Positions 25,201 to 37,200 of a stretch of 64,000 bases of DNA are shown here, piece after piece. The stretch is from Bugula neritina (taxonomy: Eukaryota; Animalia; Bryozoa). The translations under genes were made by a program, and so were the position numbers. The stretch covers positions 6,892,698 to 6,956,697 of the forward strand of contig OZ037765.1 in assembly GCA_964035545.1 (NCBI GenBank), read 5' to 3'. The stretch's first letter is position 1. Every line of letters begins with the position of its first letter. The notes beneath the pieces are model-generated. The model was not told where the DNA came from. It made no database searches and saw only the letters and a program-made list of their open reading frames with translations.

Positions 25201-28200
25201 TTTCTTCATGGTTTCGACTAACTTTCCCACGTACTCATGTACTGGGAATTCTGGGTTAGGAATGTGGTACGCGAGGTGTTCTGGTACCCTGGTTTCTCGG
25301 CCCAACATCATCAGATTCGGTGTTTCCTGTGTGCTGGAGTGGGGGGTGCTTCGATATGCTCGCATAATCTGTGGTAGCATGACGTCCCACTCCTCTTGAC
25401 TCCTTCCCAACAAGAGGCTTCGGAGAGCATCACCCAACATCCGGTTGTTTCTTTCAACTACCCCATTTCCTTGGGGGTGATACGGGGTGGTCCGGCTCTG
25501 GCTCACCCCCCATACTTGGCAGAGGTCCTTCATTAATTGTGATTGGTATTGAGCGCCCTGGTCGGTGTGTATCTGTTCCGGTAGGCCGAAGTAACAGAAC
25601 ACACGCTGGTCCAGGACTCGGGCTACTGTGGGTGCCGATGCGTCGGGGATAGCCAGGGCATCCGCCCATCGTGTGAAGTGGTCTGTAAGGACCAAGATCC
25701 AAGAGTTTCCCCTTTCGGTCGTGGGCATGGGTCCCACGAGATCTACCGCCATGACCTGCCAAGGCCGGCCGGCGTATAGCCGGCGCTGACCCGTGGTTTC
25801 GGTGGGGCGTCCGTGTTTGCTGGCCTGACAGACTTCACAGTGCCGAATTCTCAGTCGCACATCCCTGGTCATCCCGGGCCAATACCATCGCATCTGCAGG
25901 CATCTGATGACCCGACTGGCTCCCGCATGGGCCTGTTTGTGGGTGTCCCAGATGATTTCCCGACGGAGAGCGCGTGGGCATACGACGCGATCCCTCTCCT
26001 GTTGCCGGTTGTCTGCTGCGAGTGTCATCGTCAGGAGGCCGTCTGAACGAATCTGGAGAGAATTCCAGCGGCGGCAGAAGAACTGAAACTCAGCGTCTCC
26101 CTGCCGTTGCTGTTCCTCCGAGGGTCGTCTGCCTTCTTTCTTGGCTCGGAAGATGTCAGCTACTGATCCAGGGAGTGTTTCTTGCAGTCGACACAGCTCC
26201 TTGACGTTCTGGTACAGTGTGGGGTTAGCACGGAGTGCCTGGACGTCGTCTGAGTGGGTTTCAGGCCGAAGATGGCCGTGCTCCCAACGATAGACGTTGC
26301 CGTCTCCCAACTGTGCCTCGACGTCAAGGCGGGCAGGTCCCCCATCACGCCTCTCGATGTGTAGGCATTGCTTGCAGTTCTCTACCGGTCGGCGACTCAT
26401 GCCATCAGCGTTCCCGTGTTTCTTGCCGGCACGGTGCTCTATCCGGTAAGAAAACTCAGCAAGAATCTCTAGCCAACGGGCCACCTGACTCGAGGGCTCT
26501 GCACGTTTACACAACCATATCAGTGATGCATGGTCTGTTCGCAACCGGAACGTTCTCCCATACAGATATGGCCGAAAGTGCTTGACCGCCTTGACTACTG
26601 CTAGGAGTTCCTTCCTAGTGGTGCAGTAGTTTTTCTCGGCGGCCGCGAGAGTCTTGCTGTAGTAAGCCACGACCACCTCACTTCCACCCTGGACTTGAGA
26701 CAGAACAGCTCCCACACTGTGGTCGCTGGCGTCGGTGTCCAGGATGTACTCTTTGGCTGGATCAGGATACGCCAGAATCGGCGCCTCCATTAGCCGTTGT
26801 TTGAGGTGGTCGAATGCCTGCTGCTCCTCCTGTGTCCACTGCCACCGGACTCCCTTGGCGGTTAGCCGATTCAAAGGCTGAGCCACCCCTGCAAACCTGG
26901 GTACGTACTGCCTGTAGTAGCCTACCAGGCCCAGGAATGCCCGCAATTCAGAGAGGTCCCGGGGGACGGCCCACTCCTTCACAGCCTGTACCTTCTCCGG
27001 GTCGGTAGCGACCCCGTCACGGCCAACCACATGGCCCAGGTATGTGACTTCTTGCTGTAGGAGTGCACACTTGGAGGGCTTCAACTTCAGTCCAGCAGCC
27101 CGGAGTCGGTCAAAGACCTCCCGCAGACGACTGACATGAGTCGTAAAGTCTGGGGTGATGACAATGACGTCATCCAGATAGATTAGGAGGGTCTTCCAGT
27201 GTAACCCACTGAGGACCTGCTCCATGAGTCTTTGGAAAGTTGCCGGGGCGGACGTAAGTCCAAACGGCAGTACTTTCCACTTCCAGAGCCCATCGCGGGT
27301 AATGAATGCTGCTTTGTCCTGAGCATCAGGACTGAGGGGTACTTGCCAGTACCCGCTAAGCAGGTCCAGAGTACTGAAGTACTTGCTACCCGCGAGGGCA
27401 TCCAGAGACTCATCTATCCGCGGGAGGGGGTAAGCGTCCTGGATGGTAACGCTGTTGAGTCTGCGGTAGTCCACACAGAACCTCCAGCTACCATCCTTCT
27501 TCTTGACCAGGACTACTGGAGAGCTCCACGCACCGTGGGCAGGCTCAATCAGATCCCGGTCGAGAAGATCTTGCACCTGCCGGCTCACCTCCTTCTCCGG
27601 GCCCAGACGTCGGGTTGGCTGCCTGATGGGAGTGGTGCCAGCTGCCAGGGGTATCTCGTGGGAGATAACCTTAGTCAGCCCCATATCTTCATCACCACGA
27701 CTGAAGACATCACTGTACTCCGCGAGTAGTTGAGCCAGTGTTTGGCGTTCAGTACTACTCGTACAGTTTCCACACGCTCCACTGTACAAGCCAGCCACAT
27801 GCTCCGGGACTGCTTCTCCGTGGTTGTGAGGGGGGTTTCCCTGGGTGTCGGTCACTGTTTCCAGTGCCAGACCCACATCCGCCTCATGGATGGAGTGGTA
27901 CTTCCCCACCAGTACACCAGCCGATAATCGGACCGATTCCGCGAAGGGGTTGATGCATTGCACGAGGAGCTCTTTTCGACAGTCCAGCCGATTCAGGCTG
28001 TTTGCCAGTCGAATTGCTCCGTGCGTTCCTTCCACCACCCCCAGTGCGGCGATCTCCTTGCAGTTGACCCTGCATCGGAGAGTAGCCTGGGTTCTCCCTG
28101 GAATCGTGCAGTCCTGCACTACCTGGACTCCGCCCACCAAGGGCCTACCAAACTTGTCCACACAGGCAAGTTCTTTTCCAGCCATTACCACCGCCGACTT

Positions 28201-31200
28201 CTGGAAATCCATGTGACACTGGTGTTTCTCCAGAAAGGGCATTCCCAGAATGGCGTCTTCCTTCAGGTGGCTGACAATGAACGTCTCGTGAATCACTTGA
28301 TCACGGACTCGTCCAGGTAATGTGATAATGCCATAGAAGGGGATACACGATCCGTCCGCCAACGTACCGTGTGCTCCTTCGTATGGCTCGAGGCTCGCCC
28401 GCTCTCGGGCACCAAGGGTGTCGAAGAGACGCCGACTTAGCAGGTTTGTAGTGCACCCTGTGTCCAGCAGGAAGGTGGCAGCTTTACCCGAAATTTTTCC
28501 GGGTAGGAAGTAGCTGCTTCCATACGGCTGGGTGCTCCTGGGTCGGTCAGTCTCTGGGGGGGACACCTCTTGGGTCCTTACAGCGGGCCTCCTCTTCGTC
28601 TTACAGACAACGGGGGTTTTCTGAGGCTGGGAGGGTAGCTTTGGATACTCTTGCGAGTAAGCTGAATCTTCCTCCACAGCCTCTTCGGGCAACCCCGCGA
28701 ACCGGTTTTGGAGTGGCCAGGCCGGAGGATCGGGTAAACCTTGCGGTCTCCGAGATCTCCGAGGTGCCTGCCATCCTGCATCTTGAGGCTCCATCCGGGT
28801 CGTAGGTGGCTGGGTTGGAGGGTCGGGCAGACCTTGGGGTCTCCGACGTCTCCACGTAGCCTCGGCGGGCCTGGAAGAGGCTCCTTGGGTCATTTCCTCC
28901 CGGATGGGGTTGGCTGGTGGCTCACGGTTGGCGGAAGTTACCGCGAGCCCCGGGTGTTTAAAGGCATCCTTCTTTCGTGAGGGCATTGCCTTCGTACATG
29001 TCCCCTGGCACCACACCCCCAGCAGGTGAGGTGTGTAGTACCGGCTGGTTCACCCCGGGGTCGGGGGTTTCGTTTGTCAGCCTGTTCTCTTTGCATCTGC
29101 TTCATATCTGCCTGCAATCCCTTTACCATGTCCATCAGCATGGTCATCTGGTCAGATGACGGAGTAGTGGTAGCAGCCGCCACGGCCTGTGGGTTTGGCT
29201 GATCCGGCTTAATGACTTCGGACCGTTCCTCAATCTGACAAGCGGTGAAATCCGCACACTGAGGTCCCTCCACTTGGTAGTAAGCCTTGCCCAGGGCTAA
29301 GGCTTCCTCTATAGTGGTGACCTTGGCTGCCAAGTAATAACGCTGTAGTCCAGGGTTATTGATTGTGTGGAAGAAGGCTTCATACACAGCACCTCTTTGT
29401 GCTGCAGGTGTGTCGTCGCTATGGGCTACTGGTACTAGTGCCTCAATAGCATTCGCATGGTCTTGGAGTGAGGTCTTCCGGTCTCGGCGTATGGTGCGCA
29501 ATCGGTCCCTGGCGGCGCGGGCGGTGAGCCCGAAACGCGACCTGAGGGCCTGAAAGATGTGCGCTGTATTGGGTCCCAGAGCATAACTCTTTGCCTGTCC
29601 TGTCAAACAGGTACGGAGGTGGAGGAGGCGCACCGGTGCCGGCCATTCGGCGAGGGTGGCTACTTCCTCAAACTCTCTGATGAATTGTTCGATATCTCCC
29701 TCGCCTCCGAAAATCGGAGGCCTCAGGCGATACCTGTCTCCAGGTGCTGCCTGTCCGGTCTTTCCGACCTCTCGGAGAGCCGTGATGAGCATCTCCATGG
29801 TGAGACGGTCCCCTTCTACTTCTTCTTCTCCTTCTACCATGACTTCTTCTTCTTCGTCCCCCATTGTGCTGTTCTTTCTTTCTCTCTAATGGCTGCTTGT
29901 CGTACTAGTCTATTCTATATCCCACCGCTGCCACCAATGTTGTGATTTTGTGGATTATAAGAATAGACTAGTAGTCTGCATGCCAGTTATTGTGAGAGAA
30001 ATAAAGAGTCTTGATTAAAATGAATCTATGAGTATTTATTTCTTCTGACTGCTTCGAGCTCCAGTACAAGAATGAAATAACATTGAAAAGCTTCGCACTT
30101 ATATAGGGGGGAATTCCCGCCACTAATGAGGGGCCGAAACTCGTGCGAACGTCGGGGTTCCGCCGACCGACATCGGAGGGAGTACTGCCCGATCTCGGGC
30201 AGGTCCCTCCGACTTCGTGTCTTCGGTCTCCGACTTCGCACGAGTCTCGGCTTACATATAATAAAAAGAAAACGAGTGCGAGGGAATACAACTCACAAAA
30301 ACTATTACAGTAAACAAACAAAAATAATAGGAAGGGCAATTCACAATCATTACGCTATTTACTACACTAATCTTAGCTATAATTACAATATTTGAGGCAT
30401 TAGAAAGCTACGCAAGGAGCTTAGCTATAATTACAGCATTTACAGTATTTACAAAGTTACGCTAAGTCCATTATAATAGTGACGCGATATAATTACTAGA
30501 GCGTTAAAATCCATTACAATATCACTATAATATCTTTTAATACTACATACTAGTATAGCACAATGTTTTCATAGTATCACATCCAATGTAAATCTATTAA
30601 TAAGTTCACTGAAACAACAATACAAATACTGGTTTATGTTTAGGGCTGATGCATCCATAAAAGTTGGTGATGTTGTCAACATATTTGGCGAGTTTAACTC
30701 TAACGGCTACATCTGCATAGATATGACTCAGAACAACATTATGGTGGTGAATCCTGACTACCTGGTCTCCGGCTCAATTGTAGCCTCAGCTACTACATGT
30801 GTTAGAAGGTGGGTTTGTAAAGTCTCGTCTCTTGTGGTTATGGGGATGCTGTACACCTGGCAATGAAGTAAACATGTGCTTATATATGGCAGTAATTAGA
30901 CTTTCTGCAGGGTTTTGCTCACAACTGGATTTATGGTATGAGTTTATTACGATACAGGTCTAGCTTACCTTCTTGTACAGTAGTTTAGTTAGAAAGGTTT
31001 AGATACCAAGAGACTATGTTACAACTATGGCTATTCTAAATCTGACTCATTTTTCAGTTTTTTTATTTAATGTTAGTCATCATCATTAAATGCAGGGATT
31101 GTTCAATGAAGTAAGGGTTAGGTTTGTATTTTCAACCTACTGCGAATATTTTCTGGAAAATTACCTGCCTGTCAAATGTATTCAGGTGTAACATTGCAGT

Positions 31201-34200
31201 GTTGTGTGTGTTTCCAGATCTGTCTTGGCCAACAGGTACAGAGGATATGATGCAGGCAATAAGTACATGCTGTTTGGTAGTATACTGCATGAAATCTTCC
31301 AAAAGGTACGTTATGTGTCTCGATATACTTTAATCTAATAACACTACAATTAGATCAGCTCAGTATTTTAACTGTTTCATGGATTTGCAGCCCACAAGAA
31401 AGAAGTGAATCTTGAAAATCTAATTCATTTTTATTTGAGCTTTTTAGTAACCTACTGAAAGCAAAACATTCCTGGCAATATTATTTATTTGTGAACCTTT
31501 GTATATTTGTATAAAATTTTCTTTCTCACCTAGACAGCTGTAGTCTTGCATGGGTAGCTGTTGTTTGCAGATGTTTTCTTATCACAAAATACAATAATTT
31601 GGTTCATTGACTATTGTATTTTGTTCATATAAAATTGGGAGTTTATTACCTTATAATTTAAATTTGTAATCTAAGTGTTGATCAATAAATCGTAATTCTA
31701 GTATATTCTTGACATCCCTTTCAGGTGCTTGTGTCAGATATAAAAGATCCAGCGGAGATTAGAAAACTTGCAGAGAGTATTGCTCACACCTCATCATATG
31801 CCCATGACATGTATGTCAAGTGACTCTCTACTATAGGCTTTCATGCAGTATAGTGCATTATATCATCATGCTAAGTGTTCTGGTGCTGAGACCAAAATTG
31901 AAGTCATACTAAGTAAATGTGTATTTTAAAGTTTTAGGTTATCACCTAAACAGTGTATTATATAAAAAATGAAAACTTTTCAATGTTTATAGTGATATAT
32001 AATGTAGTAGCCTCAATATGATTGTTGATGAAGCGTTTGAAGGTTGTGTTCTCTTGTTTTCTGAATCATTTAAGTCATTACATCTGTTGCATAGGTATTC
32101 GATTGATATGACAGAGAAATCTCTGATGGATGGCATAAATGAATATCTCCCTCCTATTTCCCAGTTTCTTGTAAAACATGTTGGACCTCAGGCTAAGGAT
32201 AAGATTAAAATACTTGAGGTTAAAGACATAGAGGAGACGATCTGGTCACCAAGGTAAAATATATTGGATAAGTATGCTATCTGTATATAATATCACATTC
32301 TAAATATCTATACATGTATCTAGGTTTATGTTCACCTTTCACTGCTATTTCCCTATTGTGTGGTGGGTTTCTTGCCTTACTCTCAGTTCCACCAAAGTTT
32401 TCCATCTTACTCAATCTCTTGCATCACTTTAGTCTGGATCTGGTTGGCGGAGATCAGTACTGATACACATAGATAGGCTTATATAATGGGTGCAATATAC
32501 TGCACAATGGTGACATTATGGAAAGCTGGTAGATGAAAAAATATGTACCTTGTTACCTACAGTACAGATGTACCTTGCTACGTACAGGTTCGGTATGAAA
32601 GGTAAAATTGACGTGACAGCAGAATGTAGCATCAATGGTGCAGACAGCAAGCAGATTCCTCTAGAGTTGAAGACAGGAAGACCCAGCTATTCCGCCGAGC
32701 ACAAGGGTCAGGTGAGTCATGTATTCACACATATAATTTGCTTTAAGCTTATAAGCACTGCGTTTTCATTGCTTCTAATGGATTTGTAGTTGGGGTTTGC
32801 ATTAACTTACGGTTGTGGTTTTATTTGATTCAACTGTTTCTAAACATCCAATGAAAAATCCATTCGCATAATCTAAGGCAATGGAAAAGCGGTGAAGCTG
32901 AGTTTGCTCACTACATTTATATATAATTGTGTAATTCTAAATGCAAGAACATATTTTTTGGTAGAAGATCAGCTGAATTTAATATAAAAATACGTCGATT
33001 TTATCAACAAATTTCTTGCAATTTTATATCCTGTTTTTACAACAATTAGAGTTAAACTCCTTATGTTGAGAGAATACGATAATTTGATTAAATGCCTGTG
33101 CTACTTTGTGGACAAGTAGTTTCTAATATTTGCATCAGCTGTCTACAATGAGTTGTAGATACCACAAGAGACCGTGTTATGTAACCTTGTCTATCAGTGT
33201 ACGTACATTTTCATCAGGTAACAATATATTCCTTGATGCTGTCTGAGAAGGAGCAGGGAAGAGCTACTCTGGAAGATGTACAGCCTGGTTTGTTGGCTTA
33301 TCTCAAAGATGGGTCAATGCAGCACATATCACACTCTGGGCCAGCTATTAAAGGTCTTACTATCTTTTCATCTACAGCAAGATAACTTGGTAGTTGGTAG
33401 ATGTTTAATAGTGTAGTCTTCAAGTTTTAAGCACTATTTTATAATCTCTTTATGTATTGTATTAGGGAGCAGCCGTGGTATAGGGGTTGTGGTCTAGGGG
33501 TTAGAGCGTTTGCCTAGTAAACACGAAGGTCATGGGTTCGAGCCCGGACAAAGGTCATTGGTGATGTTAGGAAAAGCATCCAGTCATAATTGCTCCTGTG
33601 CCCCATCTGACTAAGTCCTTAGCCCGATTTACCAAAAAAACCCTTTCCATCAAGGGTTTCTCACAGGGATGGCGACTATAAACTTGCGCGAGTTTTTTTA
33701 TAGTAAAAAATTGGTAAAGAAGCTCTCTCTGTACAGTGAAACTTCTTTAGCCAGTTGAATGAGTTTATTCACTTTATCAACTATTGGAGCCAATGCGACT
33801 ATAAACTTGCGTGAGTTTATGTATTGTATTAAACTTTCTATAACTTTCAGAGTTTACTTTAAACAACAAGTAACTATGTAATAGCGTGTTATAGTAAAAA
33901 CTTTCTTTCAGTCAAATTCTAACGGAACCAACTGCAAGCATTTATAAATATGTTGTAGGTCTAATCAATCTCAGAAATGAACTTTGCCATGGGCTACTGA
34001 GGGGCATCACACCCGTCCCAAACTCTCAGGAGTTCCTTGTGGAGCCTCTGCCGGAGCCGATATGTCAGAGTAGACTGTGTGAATCCTGCCCTCATCTCAT
34101 CACCTGCTCACTCCATCAACAGTAGGTGTCTTATTGTACCATCCTACAAGTACAGTACTCCCTCCGTATCTCACTAAGCTGGGGGTCCTGAAACCTCAAT

Positions 34201-37200
34201 TTGTGACATAGTAGAATACCAGGTTTAACTCACGGATCCGTTAAATTAGGCCATTTTGTTCATACACACGTACATAAGTCACAAAACTGGGGTTCATGCC
34301 CTTCTCGTGACCTATGGAATTTTGTGAGAAATGGATCTGTGGGATTTGGTGGGAGAACTGCATATACAATCTATTCTTATAGAGTTTCTATTTCTATTAT
34401 ATGTTGGTCACCAAATGCCATCCAATACTGCCATAATTGTCTAAAAGTGAGTTTTATTGTCTGTCAGTTATTTGTAGCCCAAGTGACTTCTGATTGTAGA
34501 GTATTTAAGGATTTTAATGCACCGTCTGGTCACATTATGGAGAAACTGGTGCCTGAAACTTTGGCTCATCTCACTGAGTCACACCTGGAATATTTCTCCA
34601 AATGGAGCAAACTCCTGCTGCTTGAGAGCTCTCTGGAAGCCAAGTGGAAAAGTCTTAGAGATTTGTGGACCAAACCTATCAAACAAAGGTTTGGTTACTA
34701 TTCTCAATAAAAAGTCGATTGGCACCTAATTAGATTATACAAAAATAATAAGCAATACATTGTTTGTTTTGACTAGTAGTTATTAAATTTTAGTTTCATT
34801 TCCTACTACAAGTCCGCCTTTTTTCAATGTCATCATTTTGACCTAGAAAGAGCTGAGCTCCAACATTCCATTAGCTACATAATACAGTATCTCACATAAT
34901 ACAGTATCTTACGCAGTTGTAACTCTTTGCAGGTTGGCCAGTGGCTTGTGTAGGAATGGGTTATCATTAACTGAGACTGTAAAGTTGAATGGCAGGTATA
35001 AAATTGTCCTGGAGAGTTCTACAACCATAACACCTGCTTGTAAGCTGTGCGCAGGAGATCTAGTTGTTGTTAGCAAAGGGAACAGTAAAGTAGTTATAGA
35101 GACCACAGCATCTATTCTAGAGATCAAAGGGCGTCATGTCACCTTGCTCACTGACAGGTAATGTCACCTTACTCACTGACAGGTAATGTCACCTTACTCA
35201 CTGACAGGTAATGCCACCTTACTCACTGACAGGTAATGCCACCTTACTCACTGACAGGTAACGTCACCTTGCTCACTGACAGGTAATGTCACCTTGCTCA
35301 CTGACAGGTAATGTCACCTTGCTCACTGACAGGCATTGTCACATGTCTGTATACAGCTTATCTGAGCTTTAACTAAAAACACGTATTGAGAAAAGGTGTA
35401 AATTTATTTAATTTTTTATTCCTATTTGTGATAGCTTTAAAGAGAGTTTTGATGCCTTTTACAGGATCTTTAAACATTTTATTAGCATATTTTAAAATGG
35501 AATCAAGTTTTAGTATAACTGGAGAATCGGTTTCAGTTTTTGTTTCATTGTATGAAAATATTTGACCCAACGTTGATGTTCATGACAGCTGTTGATAGGC
35601 TGTTGTTAAGTTGAATGACTGTATGTAACCTGGGCTTAACATTGTATCATTTCTCACTCCTGTGTAGGTTGTGTGTCACCCTTCATACTTCCTTTTCCTG
35701 GTTATTTCAGAGATTTATCCAGCAAGCATTCATACTGCATAGACAAGTATGACGCATACACTGGAGATGGTGCAGGATTCACTAACTTAGCTAGACTGAT
35801 GGAGAATACACCCGAAAGGTAGTCTTTTAATGCAACCTCAGTTTACTGATTTTATAGCTGCAGTCCAACGCAAAGTATTGTATGTGGTTTTATTTTATTT
35901 GATTTTAAAATTAAATTTTAAATCAAGTTTTGTAGCCTCTATAATAGAAAGCATATACTTCAAATTGTAGTCACCATTTATCTTTTCTGTTACAAGAATT
36001 TTAGAAATGGTAAAATGTAAGTTATTTGCAGACTACCATCTGCACAGTCACTTGATCATGATGTCACTTACATCATGTGACTTGCACCTGTCGCATCATG
36101 TCACTTGCACACAGTAATACGTGTGATATATATTCCTCATTGCATGTAGTGCCAAGCTAAGAAGTATCATCATTGATGGCAGAGTAGGAGAGTTTGATGA
36201 ATTCCTTGATCATGAGTTGGAAGATAAAGTAGAGAAGCTGACAGAATCCCTCAACTCTAAGCAGAAGTTAGCTGTGCACCAGGCATGTTCCTGAAATCTT
36301 ACAAATTATAAATGTTTTTTATTTTATAGCAACTCTAGTGTTAATTTCACATGGTGCTTGCTTGAATAGTGCACTCAGAGTTCAACTGTGCCATGTATAT
36401 GCCGTGTATGTAAACATGTAATAACTCTCACATGGTTAGAAGTTTTAAGATCTGTACAAGTGGGAGTTGTGTGCACTCTGTACACAAATCTAAATCTTAT
36501 ATGTATTGCAAATTTAGTCTAATATTTTAACATACTGAATCATAAAAATTATACAATTGAGAGTTATGTACACTTTATACTAAATTTTATCCATTGTATA
36601 TAATGCAAATTGTGTCTATGTTTTTTAAGTTTTTGAGATTTTTAATCGAAAGTGCTGTTAATCGAAACAAGCTAGTAATGCCTACAGAGTTCATAAAATA
36701 TATTGTGTAAATGATATTTCCTGTTAGGCATTGCTGTGCCGAGACTACTTGGTAATAAAAGGGTACCCTGGGACCGGCAAGACCAGCACTATCGCTATGT
36801 TAGTGGAATGTCTCAGGGCTCAGGGGTTGTCTGTCATTGTTACTAGTTATACCAACTCTGCTGTGGATAATATACTACTCAAACTTAAACAGGTGAGAAC
36901 ATATCTTCATATACATGTGCATGTACACCCATATACATGCAAATGTGCACACACGCACACACATGACTAAAAATTTTGACACTGAAAACCACATCCGTCA
37001 TAATATATAGTCATTCTGTGGAGGCCAAATGATTAATAGTTACTGTGTCGGAAGTCTTTTTGCTTGCTCTATTTGGATTGTACATGTATCAAGTTTTAAA
37101 CTATACACTAGAAAGGTTATTTGACAGAACATTTTCTGTGGTGCAAGTACAGTGTGATTAGCTCTACTAGTTTTATACCAAACTGTGAATTTTTTCTAGA

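Larger units (their letters stand above)
23584..30518 (-). mobile_element. Full-length Ty3/Gypsy LTR retrotransposon (6935 bp), antisense in DNA2 intron 3
   Basis: Two 581-bp direct repeats with TG...CA ends; 4-bp TSD ATAT (23580-23583 / 30519-30522); PBS; PPT; gag and pol in PR-RT-RH-IN order; GC-rich against AT-rich host DNA; no env ORF. Confidence 0.98.

Noticed and set aside
24422-29945. Many + strand and alternative-frame ORFs within the retrotransposon
   Set aside because: Expected shadow ORFs of GC-rich gag/pol coding sequence; no motifs.
33465-33550. Possible tRNA gene
   Set aside because: A and B boxes are present but there is no closable acceptor stem; it continues into a SINE body with TSDs.
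35136-35335. CRISPR-like array (also 50583-50743 and 51476-51817)
   Set aside because: Head-to-tail repeats without unique spacers, in eukaryotic introns, no cas genes.
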